DNA of 46,665 bases, taken from contig KZ538170.1 of NCBI GenBank assembly GCA_000934665.2, positions 62,001 to 108,665 on the forward strand. Direction: 5' to 3'. The stretch is from Catajapyx aquilonaris (taxonomy: Eukaryota). The position numbers and the translations under genes are program-made. A model generated the notes under the pieces. That model did no database searches and was not told where the DNA came from. It worked only from the letters and a program-made list of their open reading frames with translations. Below are positions 9,395 to 21,200 of the stretch, in pieces (within the stretch, counting starts at the first letter, position 1; every line of letters starts with the position of its first letter).

Positions 9395-11383
9395 CTATTC
9401 TACTAAATTATTTATATTTTTAATGCAAGTATTTTTCAATCTTAACGTATACCTGTGATATTGCGCAATTATTTGTACCCTTGCTTCAATGCACCATACT
9501 AATAGTGAGACACATAGTCCAATCAACCACAAAAGAAAAGCAGCGTGTAATTCGTCGAGTGAAAACTTCATGTCAGTCAAAAACCGCATCGATTCCTCTC
9601 TGTGCTTCCTTCTAATTTGAGGTAAATATTTAATAAGGTTGTTATCATTTATCCATTTCCTGACAATGTCATATTCAAATAGATTTTGTAAGAATCGGTT
9701 TATATCTGGAGAGGATATGTCTCCTTTGGGAAGAGCACCACCGATGTAATAATTAAAGAATTCGAGAGGAGCAATGATCAGTTCGGGATCTCCTCGAGAA
9801 GTGATGAAGTGGGCCATTTTATATTTGAGAGCATCTGTACTAATTATGCACGCAAATTCTGTCTCCAGACACTTTTTAAGACAGGAATTGTAGCCGTCTA
9901 GAAACTCAATGTTGGAGAAGTCAAAAATGTAACGGTACAGAGGATTTTCCCCCAAAGTAATCAATGGTTTGATCATAAGAGTTTCCATCATGTTGATTCC
10001 CCACTTAAAATCTGAATGCGCTAAATTTTCCAAACTTTGAGGAATCGTTTCCTGAGGTGGAGTAGTTATAAACGATGTCAGTTTACTCTTGTAACCACAC
10101 GTAATAACGATGCAAAATATCCAGTACATTGACGCGAAAAAGTACGGTGTAGCCTGTGAGTTTACAGCGGGTTGTTCTATCATCATTCTCAGTGTGCATG
10201 TCACAGACTGGCCAAAAGTGAGTCTTCCGTTTCTTTGAACACGAATCACCAAACTTGATAGCAAAATTGACGCCAGCAAGGCTAACCACACGACCCAATT
10301 GTACGGATAAATCAGAACCTTCCACGTACGAATAGGCTTAGGTCGTCTTGTAACAAAGGTCATGCCAGAGTATATGTAAGGAAAGGACAGGTCAACATAT
10401 TGCGCTGCTTCGGCTGAATAAACCACGTAATTCGCAAATGACACTTTCTGACGTGCAATGGCTGCAACACTTCCTGACAACGTCCCATTTGAATATTTCT
10501 GATCAAGTGTACTCAAACCGCCCGACGGTATGTCAAACATAGAATGTAACACAACACGAGCATTAAATTTTTCCTCAAATGTTAGTACCCATCTCTCTAG
10601 TATTTCTACTCCTTTTTCGCCCACCTTGCGTATCTTCTTTCGCAAACTTTCCCCTGTCTGTATTGCATACATCGGAGGAAGCATGCTTCCCATATGGAAC
10701 TCACCTCCATTGAAGTTAACACTATCAGTCGGATACAACACAGCCAGGTCAATCCCATTGTTGTAAGTTCCCATCTGGACGACCTTTGTTTGGCCATGGT
10801 CGCAGTAGAAACAAACCGAATGCAACTCTAGTCCTTCATGATGAGAATAAGCGGCCATCAACTTGAAGCGTATTCCAGACGCAGTGGTTGACATCAGGGC
10901 GTCTCCTGGTCTCGCTTCTTCAGGCATGAAATACACGAACTTGTCCTGGAGGTTTCGCACCCTAGCAAAGGAGGCCAGATGGACTGTTAAATTGGGCAGG
11001 ACCTGGTCTGAGCTTGGGATCAGGATGTTCCACGTGCAGGATGAACCGGGCCAAAATCTGGACTTGAGTTGAGGTGGCATGCTTGTAAACGAGTAGATGT
11101 CACTCTGACTGCTAAGTTCAGGGTAGTCGGAATAAGAGTATGGAAAGTCGGTCATGCGGGTTATGACCACTGTGCGGTAATTCAGGTGCCAGTAATGTGT
11201 CACGTCTAATTTGCCCAAATTGGTGTCCATGGCCACTGCTAACGAGCAGACAGATTCATCCGCAAGTTTTCTTGCAAAAGATGACATCAATCTGATGTCA
11301 TCAGAATAATGGTGGAAATATACACTGGTTTCAGCCAAATTTACCACAAAGGACAAGTACAGCAGGAGGTGAACTTTCGCCAT
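9395..11383 (-). CDS. Ionotropic receptor (IR4 of array), intronless, 662 aa
   Basis: Signal peptide; NGTLSGSVAAIAR, YVDLSFPY, LIYPYNWVVW, CGYKSKLTSFITTP, GGALPKG, FSLDELHAAFLLWLIG. Confidence 0.9.
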   Translation of the reverse strand: MAKVHLLLYLSFVVNLAETSVYFHHYSDDIRLMSSFARKLADESVCSLAVAMDTNLGKLDVTHYWHLNYRTVVITRMTDFPYSYSDYPELSSQSDIYSFTSMPPQLKSRFWPGSSCTWNILIPSSDQVLPNLTVHLASFARVRNLQDKFVYFMPEEARPGDALMSTTASGIRFKLMAAYSHHEGLELHSVCFYCDHGQTKVVQMGTYNNGIDLAVLYPTDSVNFNGGEFHMGSMLPPMYAIQTGESLRKKIRKVGEKGVEILERWVLTFEEKFNARVVLHSMFDIPSGGLSTLDQKYSNGTLSGSVAAIARQKVSFANYVVYSAEAAQYVDLSFPYIYSGMTFVTRRPKPIRTWKVLIYPYNWVVWLALLASILLSSLVIRVQRNGRLTFGQSVTCTLRMMIEQPAVNSQATPYFFASMYWIFCIVITCGYKSKLTSFITTPPQETIPQSLENLAHSDFKWGINMMETLMIKPLITLGENPLYRYIFDFSNIEFLDGYNSCLKKCLETEFACIISTDALKYKMAHFITSRGDPELIIAPLEFFNYYIGGALPKGDISSPDINRFLQNLFEYDIVRKWINDNNLIKYLPQIRRKHREESMRFLTDMKFSLDELHAAFLLWLIGLCVSLLVWCIEARVQIIAQYHRYTLRLKNTCIKNINNLVE

Positions 11384-12281
11384 GTTGCAGTAGTCGGACT
11401 GAACAAAATATTATATTGAGGCCATAGATGTTTTGCCACAATTTTTATTGGAATACGATATGAACACACTGTACTTCCGAACCATTATGGACTGAATCAT
11501 TTATAAGTTTAAAGGCAGGCATGGTCACATTATTGTTGCATGCGGTAGTGAATTGATGGACTCAAAGCAAAGAGAATTAACTCCTAAAAATTGATTACAA
11601 CTTTACAAAATGGAGTCTGAGATCAAATAACAGCCAAGCCCAATTTTGGAGGGGTGTAACAGCAATTATGTATTTTAATATCTGGTATTAATTGCGCATT
11701 TCCGTATGTAGCTGAGTTGTTGCAAGATAATTATGAACTTAAAAAGTATCAAGGTTGTACCCTATTTCCCTCAATAATTTACAAGGGAACTTGCTGTTTT
11801 TGATATCAGACCCATCAATATCATATGGGCTATAAAAATTAAATATTGTAAAATTAAAATGTAAATAAAATGAAAGGGTTCCTTCAACGCCTCTCACTAT
11901 ACCTGATAGGATCAGAACCTGTTGCGTTTCTTGTTGAACGTCCCCGTGTATATTTTGCACTTTGTTTACCTCCATTTCCCCATGAGACGAGGCCGTTAGC
12001 CGCTGGCGTAAATAGGTACAGGCTCCAGTGTACAGTGCATGGTACATTCACCCCCGTCTAATGAATACTGTAATGTCACCTGGGCAAGGGAAGGTCAGTT
12101 TCGAACAATTGCATCAGCACTTAAAAGTCTAACAAAATGGGGCTAGCGTAACTATGTAATCCCCTGGAGGGCTGGTATTGCGTTTACTGACTGTAAACAT
12201 TATACTAATCGTTTGTACAGGTCTGGAATACAGGGTGTTGCAAAAGTCAGCTCATACACTATTAATTAATCTCTTTGGCAG

Positions 12282-15200
12282 TGATTGGCAGCGAGTATTG
12301 CTCCGGATACACGGACGGTTATGGCAAGTGGAACACTGGTTTCTACTGTCCTCAAGGCGATTCCTCCGAGTCTCTCTTCTGCTGCGGTACACCAGTCTTC
12401 AAGTTCTGCTGCTCCAGAAGAGAAGAGAGCTCTCACGCACCGCCTCCCAAGTAAGTCATGTTTTTGAACACACTTTAATGAATGACATTTTGACCCTACG
12501 TCTTGACCACAGCTTGACCCTACTTCTGGGCGTGGCGGTTGGAGCTGTTGTAGCAGTTGTTGTTTCTACTCTGATGGTTTGTTTCTTCTGCTCCTGTTGT
12601 CTTTGGTACAAGAAACGTCAAGCACATCTCAACGGGGGTGAGTCACATTGTTTATCTCATTTTTCTCCAACTGCACAAAAAGGTTCTTGTAGGATAAAAA
12701 AGGATGTATCTGTTTGATTACTTTCCCCGCAACTCTTTCCTTGCCAATCCCAATCGGTGGCGTTGTCTTTTAACTTAACCTGATTTCTCCTCGTGATTTC
12801 GGCCGATGTGGTCTGCCGGAACTGAGGGTTTGCGTTGGTTCTGCCCACACTGAACAAAAAAAATCGGGAGGGTTTGAAGGACAGTTTCGACAGTTTCGAC
12901 CACTGAAGATTTGGACAGCACCAACATGCCCTGGCCTTTGCCTTCTCCATTTCGGGTTCGAGAAGTCTGTCACTTTTTTGCTTTCTCTCTCTGCAGCACA
13001 TTTCGCGAAACTTGCCAGTACAAACTATTTCTTCCGATATTCCCAGAGAAAAAAACCTCAGAGTACAGATATCCAACGTTACGAGTGATCGTTACCAGCA
13101 TGAAATATCCATCAAAGCTTGGGCGTTATTGGTCTAGAGATGACGTTCTTTTCCAACCCCCCTTTTTTCGTTCCTTCTCCATTGTTTGCCGGCTATTGTT
13201 TATTTCGCTCACTCGAAGAGGAATTCCATGGAACGGAAGAGGAAATGAGCGCAGAAATTGCTACTTCAGCCCTTTCAGTAGTGGGATTATAGGCAAGTTT
13301 CTTGCATAGTATGCCTCAAGTGCAGCTCCGAGACTGTCGCTCATTATTGCTCCCAGACATAGTAATGCCTTTGCTTTATTGACCCTTCTTGCCTTGTACT
13401 GTACGGAGCACAAAGGGTTGAAGGACTACTTGTATGTACAGAGTCATGCAGTTGAATAGGTTTTATTTTAATTTAAAAATAGGAAAAATGTAGTAGGCAT
13501 TGCTCCCATAGTGTTTGAATCCATTTATCTCTATGCCTATAACTAGGTTGTGTAGGTCTAACCTAACCTAACCTAATCTAACCTATCCTAACCTATGCTA
13601 ACCTATCCTAACCTATCCTAACCTAACCTAACCTAATCTAACCTATCCTAACCTATCCTAACCTGACATAACCTAATATTCAACCTAACCCCCCGGACAT
13701 TATATACATAAAATGATCCCCTTTTGCACCTCTACATTTTCTCCTAAATTTGTGCACCATTTTTCAGCACCCTCTACATCCTTTGCCTTTTCCAGCACCA
13801 CTCCTGCATGCGCATGCTTCTCAGCCAATGATCCTAATTAAGAGGCGCCCTGGCATTGTTGACATTGATCTGCTCTTTCCATGGTCCCCCCCCCCACCAC
13901 CTTTTGTCAACGTGTGACACAATGGTGCTTTACAGTAGGGGAGAGAGAGAAGGCGAGAAAATGGAAGCGTGACTTTAGCCAGGAAGTAGGCCTGTCCCTC
14001 ACACCAGAAATCCCTGGGATCCACAAACCCCCCCAGCCAGCCAGGAGGAGAAATCGATGCGTCAATTCTTTGCTCTGGTCCGTCAACAATATGTCCACGT
14101 AGTACCATACCTTTCACATAGATGGCGCAACCGAGCGCTCACCCACACTCGCGCAGCTTAATTTTTCTGACAATATTGCCAGAGTTACTCCCCAGTTACA
14201 GCACCCGCTCTCTTAGGCTTGTTCCAGAGACTTGGTAACGTCGCCATTTTGTACCCTCCAAGAGTACGGTAGCGTTGGAAATAAGTGTTAGCTGAGTACA
14301 CGAGAGTTTACCAACAATCACTGATAATGCCAACCGTGCATATTGCGCGAATGGTGGTGTACAATCAGTTGAGCTAGTTTAAAAAACTTATAGCCGATGG
14401 CTCACCCTGCACAGAGGCACAATAATGTGTCACCCTGTATAACTGACAAAATCCGCGATCATTCATCATTGGTTGTTGCGAAATGATACGAGGGAGACTA
14501 TTGCGAAACGTGGTTTCCTCTCGGGTAGAAAGGCTTAAGATAGGACGCTGCCTAGTGGAAACTTTATTTCGCGGAACCAGATTGGATTTTTTATATATAC
14601 CTATACGAGTATATATAGGCCAGGCCCAAGAAGGTTTCTTCCTGGTGATAAGTCGGGCTGCTATTGAAAGGCAGTGAATTAATTAATGATGGGAGTTTTT
14701 TGGGGGGTACGAAAGGAAGGCTAATTAGGTGGTTAAACAATGAACAGGGTGTTTCATAACTGTAGACAGAAAATGTATCAACCGATGTGTATAATGTGTC
14801 CATCACGTTGAAGAACAAATCGTGCGAAATCGTATAATATAACATCCTGAGTAATTTTCTCGTTTACTTTGCATTAATTACGCGTAATTGCAGAACAGTG
14901 TAGAAAATCACTTCTGGGATTGCAGGTTCACAAGCAAGCATCGCAATCTAATTGTGTTTGTGAACGACTCTAATCTAAATCCAACTGAAATGTCAAGTAC
15001 ATGCACACAGACTCCGAATCTTCACGAGCCTTCTCATCAGTCTTAAAATTACAGTCGTGGAATTTGTGTCAACCTCACTGCTTTGCACTCTACTTAATTG
15101 CAACTCATCAATTAATATTACCTACGCAACCGAGTGCGCACACATACTCGCGCAGCTCCATTGTTCTGACAACAAAGTTGCCAGAGTTACACTCTAGGCG

Positions 15201-18200
15201 CCAAAAACTAATTCACACCCGTTCGTTTCAGAACATTGGCAACGTCGCAAACGTCGGCCAGGGTAGTGTTGGAAATACGTGCAGAGCTTATTATTTTACC
15301 GGTACATCCACTTGTACAGAAGGCTTACCAGCTATCATTGATAATGCCAACCGTGCACGCTGCGCGAACTGTGGTGGGCACTCGGTTGCGCTCTTTTTTT
15401 AAAAAAATCATCGTTTCTATACCAGTTATAACGTGCAGTTTGGAAAGTTTAAAAAATCAGCCAGCTTCACACATGTTCCCCATTCGAAGTACTGCAGCAT
15501 TGTCCTTTCCGCACATTCACATGAACTTAAACCCCGGTCGAAATCCTGCTGCAATTCAGCCATTGTCAGTCCCGAGGACAATAAATTAAGAGCCCTGGCC
15601 TGCGGTCCCTAACAATAAATTAATTTAAACCGAACACGTCCCGGAGCGTAGGCCTAGTCCTAGACTTAGACCATTATTATACCCACACAATAACCTATAT
15701 ATAAGGGGGGGGGGGGGGTCATGCACTTTCCTTTGGCCTCGGAAGCGAAAATTTTGACAATGACGTGCTAAAANNNNNNNNNNNNNNNNNNNNNNNNNNN
15801 NNNNNNNNNNNNNNNNNNNNNNNNNNNNNNNNNNNNNNNNNNNNNNNNNNNNNNNNNNNNNNNNNNNNNNNNNNNNNNNNNNNNNNNNNNNNNNNNNNNN
15901 NNNNNNNNNNNNNNNNNNNNNNNNNNNNNNNNNNNNNNNNNNNNNNNNNNNNNNNNNNNNNNNNNNNNNNNNNNNNNNNNNNNNNNNNNNNGGGGGGGGG
16001 GGGCACTATTGTCGTCTGACCGGCATCGATCCAGAAATCTGGCCACGAGAACAAGTTTCTCTCTCCGCAAAAGCTCCCCCAGTCTCTGCAACATTAGGCC
16101 TAAAGGAGTTAATTGCCTAGAAAGCTTGATTGAAGATTTTCCCAATTATATTCAAGGAGAGGGGTGGGGGGGGGGGACATTGAGACGCCGGGATGAAATT
16201 AGCTGATAAGGAAAATTCAAGTCCGGAGTGTGGCCAAGATGGCGGAGTCGGTGCCTCTGTTTGTCCGGGGTGAGTCATCACTGTTGCGCCAGGTACACAC
16301 AAGTAGTGACACTACTCTACTACCTTAATCTTAGGCTGATCTTTACTATACACGACGCAAAAATTACTAAGGTGAAGTGGGGGAAGTGCACACCCGGGGT
16401 AAGTGCACATATTGTGCCGCCATATTGGAATGAAAATGGCTGACAACACCAAAACGCGTCAGCTATGTAGCTGCACTGTGTAGCTACATAGCTGACGCGT
16501 TTTGGTGTCGTCAGCCATTTTCATTCCAATATGTGCACTTACCCCGGGTGTGCACTAACTTGCCCCACTTCACCTCATACATTTTGATGGCGTCGCAGGC
16601 CATCCATTCGGACACGCTCTCTGAACTTCCCCACGCCGCCACCCCGATTTCGCCGCGTAGGAAAGATCATCCCTATAATCTACTCCATCACAAGAAGAAG
16701 AAGAAAAGTCTTGGGATGTGTAGCCCAGTTGCAAGTTTTTCCTCCCCCTTCAGTTGAGTGGATGGGGCATTTGCATGCCATTAATCATCTGGCTTTGGAT
16801 CCGGAGTGGACTTATTATTCAAGTATTATGAGGGGGTGAGAACTCTGTCTGGTAGTTTTTTCTCTCAACTGATGTCTCTGAGGGGGGAGGGGACGGATGC
16901 TTTACACAGCTGACATTCTGAGTATCATCTGAGAGTGCAAATTGACATTTCTATAATTAACGCGGAATTAGTGCTGACGAGTGCAAAAAAAAATCCATGA
17001 AAGATCTTCAAGCATTAATTTCGCAGTACTGCTATAGCCTAGTATCACATTCGTCAAAATATTGCACCATTTGTGATCATAAGGCAAAATAAGAGGGTCA
17101 AAGCATAATGCTACCCAGAGATGTTACCATCATTGTTCTATTATTCGCTCCTGAAGCAGCAATTTTGGAGCAGGAAACTTCTGTCTATAACATATTTCAC
17201 TTACTTTTTTCTTTCTTTCTTTGAAGGCGGGTGGACGAATCTTGTGCCAAAAAATGAGCAACAAATGCTAATTGGTGCGGAGGCAGGATTTGGTCAGTTT
17301 CCAAGACGTTATGGCTCAGAGAAGCAGCTGCTTCGATCCGTTTCTCTGGTGAATTTTGTTATTATTTCGCAGAGAGAAAAAATTGTCCTAAAAAATAGCA
17401 ATTTCTGCTATACGAAAAAAAATCGTATGTCTTCATAAAATGATGAGGACAAAATGATTTGCGAACTTGTGGGACATTTGCGTCACAGAATTTATGTGAC
17501 CCATAGCTGACCTCTTTTTTCATCCTGTCCACATCTTCTTGAAGTACCCTCCTCCCCCCCTTTAAATTTCCTTCATCCACTTTCCAATCGTGTACTAATG
17601 GCCCGAAGTGACACCAGGGCTGACATGAAGCAAGAGATCGACGAACATCCTCCATTTTCTACAGTTCTCTTTCCAATCACGTATATTTGCGATGTGGATA
17701 AGGTCCGGTGCAATTGGAGAAAGTGGACCTGAGATGAGGGGGAAGGGTCAACGGGAATTGCAGCTGGCATTTTGAAAGCAAGTCAATGCCTAGAGAAGTC
17801 GAAAAGGAAAGAAAAAAAAGAGAGGCCATCCCTTTGGACTCTCTGGAGAGAGGAACAAGAAAATGGCTGCAAAAGTCCCAGTGTATAATATACCTTAGCT
17901 TGAATTGTTCGCAGTTGGGAAAGGGAATGCCCTTGTGTCAACATCTTCGGCTTTAAATTTTTTTCCTCGTTCCCGGACTAAAAAATGTGATATCGAACGA
18001 ATCATAGAGAGAGAAAAAAGAAAGATTTCTCTGATGGCTGTGCCGTGTAATTGCGAGGAGACCTTGTCGCAAAGTGATCGTTAATTATGCAGTAATTTCG
18101 TTCAATTTCGGGGGCGACTCTGCGTTAAAAAAAGGAAAAGGTTTTTCGAGCAAAGTGCTCATCTATTTTGTTACAGTAGATTTTGTACTGTTACAGTGCT

Positions 18201-21200
18201 AACTGGGTGGCGATAAACACATCAAAAGTGCCGAGTAGATTATTCACAAACATTAAAAAATCACGTTATTAAAATTAATTTATGCCATTACTGTTGAGTA
18301 CTAAGTAAAAAATTGAGCTGAAGTTCTCATGGGAACTATTTTGTGCAGTGATTCCTGATTCCTTAATCCAGAGTATCTGAAACTATGTCTTGCGCTGCTC
18401 ATTTTCTGTTGAAAGAACGGAAGGCTTCTGAAGGAACATTATGCGGCCTTCACACAAAAGAGGACGGAACTTCTTCTCCCGTCTCTCATCCAATAATACA
18501 GCACAAGGACTTGAACCTTCTCTTAACGAGCGTGAGAATAATGCCTTATTGAGAGAGGCCTACTTTCTGTGCAGAAATAAGTCAGGAAGAAGAAACCCAC
18601 CACAATGGATTCAGTTCAGATGTAAGGCAAAAAAATATATATATGGAATCGCTTTTGGCATTGAAGAATACTCGGAAATTGACGCCTTTGAAACTAGGAT
18701 TCGCACCCAATTTTTTTTTTCGAAAAAAAGAGAGGGTGAGAGCAACATTTTTGAGGTTTTTTTCATGGAAAAGGTGTGGGCAGATCCGAATCCTCGTTTT
18801 CAAATAATAACATTTTTTTCCTAGGCTCCTTCTATGCGACACTATTCATTGGATTGGATTTTCTGCAGCGTCTTTTTTTCTCTATCTGCGCTCTCTTTTT
18901 TTTACCCAACTCTTTTGCCAAAAGGCATCGCTCTCGCCCGCATTGCCTCCTTTATTAGCCGAATTCTATTGACATCAAAGGTAGGGAAAAAGAAGAGAAA
19001 TGGAGATATGCTCTCTCCCCCCTCTTTTCACTTCTTCCACTCTGAAAACTCTCCTTGCCTTTCCATCCCCTCGGCTCTTTTTTTTGGAAAAACCCTGGAA
19101 AAAAGAGGGGGAGATTTTGAAAAAGCAATTATCATCATTATTATGAAAGGGCCTTCAGAAAAATTATTGTGCAGAAAAATATGAAAAAAATGGCATTAAA
19201 GGAAAAAAAATTATAATTAGGACAGGTACCTGAAGAGTTTGGGAAGCTGATTTTCAACATTTTCTTTCAACATCTTCTTTGAATCATGGCATTGATTACG
19301 CTTTCATTTTGCATATCTACTTATTAATCAGTTTCGGCTCTTTATCTAAGAAAATAATACAATCCTTAGAATTTTCACCATGATCGTAAGAAATCACTGA
19401 ATTCTTTGGGTTAGGTTAGGTTAGGTTAGGTTAGTTTAGGGCCCATTCATTTTTCTAACACTGTAAACCTTCAAAGCTTACATGTGTTATGTCTTGTGTT
19501 GGAAGCCAATTATATCTCAGTAATGACACTTTTAACACCAAAATAATGACACCTGTACATTAAAATATTGATCCTCTCGCCCTTTCCGTATATATTATAA
19601 CTTAAAATCATTATTACGTCATTTTCAGTAAGTTCGACTGCAGATAATTATTTTCACTGTACAGTATTTTCGACATCACAACATGAAGTCATTTCCTGCC
19701 ATCGACCTTTTTCGGCTCCTGTGATCCAAAGGCTTTTATCAACCTGCCTAAAAAATGAACACTACAGTGCGTTACTCTATTAAAACTGCCTGGAGGAACC
19801 CCCCCAAAATGATATCCAGCCAGGGTTTCCACTCATAATTACCTGGTCGAATCTGCATAAATCCAAAAGGTTTTATTTTTTTAAAGCCAAGCGCGATCAG
19901 GAAACGCAACCTTTTAAATTGAACGCGTCCAAAAAAATATTTCCGTCGTGCTTGGGACTGGGGGTGGTGAGAATTCGGCAACTATTTATGAGGATTGATG
20001 AGACCGGACTTAGTGTGTAACGCAGCAGGCCCAGCAATTACAGAGGAAGCCTACCATATAGATGGGAAGTAATCTGCCGGAACATCAACCTCGTTAGGCT
20101 ATACATATACCATTTTGAGAGGAACGGTGCTCTGATCGCCTGCAAGCCGGATTTTTGCAGTCAAAAAAATACCACCTCTCCAGCATCACTTTTTTTTTTC
20201 AAAAAATAAAAAATAAAGCCGACTTGACATTTCCATTGCCAGCTTTTCTAAAACGAACGACCGGATTTGAATGCAGCTTTCACGCCCAAATAATGCCCTA
20301 CCTGTGTTCTGTCCACTTAGGGGAAAAAGCGCGGATATTTTTTTTTTGAAAGAGTTGCAGCTAATGGAGTATGGTTTTAAAATGCTCCAACAATCAGTGC
20401 AAAAATAAAGAAAACACCAAAAGTGTGTTAAAGCATAATGCATAAGTGACAATCTGTTGTAAGGGTCAAATTGAGCCCTGAGTTGACCCAAATTGATTGG
20501 TTATTTCGCTATAAAATTGAGAGGAAAATCCACTCAATTTGATTGAAAATATTTCGCGCAAGTGATCGAGTGATTTTCATTTAAAACGAGTGGGAGTCAA
20601 ATCAAGTAGGCTCATTACTCAAATCGAGTGCAAAAACACTCGAATTTTTTAAAGAGTGGTCAGGGTTTTTTTTTTGTATATTTTTAAATATCTTACAGGA
20701 CTAGTTTGTCTTTCAGAAAATATGACTACCAGAAAGTACTCAATGTGATAAATTTTTAAGGTGATTCGAAAAATTCAAATTATAGCTATCAACATGTATA
20801 TGATCATAATGTGCTTACGATACGTGTAGTTTGTCAAATTTCTGCAAAAGAAAAAATGAAACTGTCACTCATTTACACGAATATGTACAAAAAAAATTAA
20901 AAATCCTCTAATTTCTCAAAATTCATAATTATAATGCCATAATTCGAGTGATTCAATTCATTGGTAATTTCACATAATTTTTGCACGATTTTTGCACGAT
21001 TGTCCTATTTTTAGTATGAAAATTACGTTGGCTTAATGACGTCCAACATGTGATGACACAACTTGTGCCAAACCCAACATTTTTCACCCCTCCCAAAAAA
21101 AAAATGTCTACAAGTGATTGACAATCTATCCGTCATAACGCGTGATTAAAAGTGTAATTAGCCACGGTGATTCTGATTAGAGCTTATTAATGGGCTGATT

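Noticed and set aside
1740..11072. Numerous short plus-strand ORFs overlapping the IR genes
   Set aside because: Antisense shadows of the real CDSs; their similarity to each other simply reflects IR paralogy.
12178..12717. 179-aa ORF as a single-exon gene
   Set aside because: Only 12513-12637 is in the coding frame; the Shisa domain lies in a different frame and is joined by a 62-bp intron.
13557..13690. True chromosome end
   Set aside because: Short, degenerate, and embedded in an intron with genes on both sides.
15719..16145. ORFs spanning the N run
   Set aside because: Artefacts of the assembly gap.
18441..18824. 127-aa ORF / possible cassette exon in the Shisa intron
   Set aside because: No recognisable homology, and the flanking Shisa exons already join in phase.
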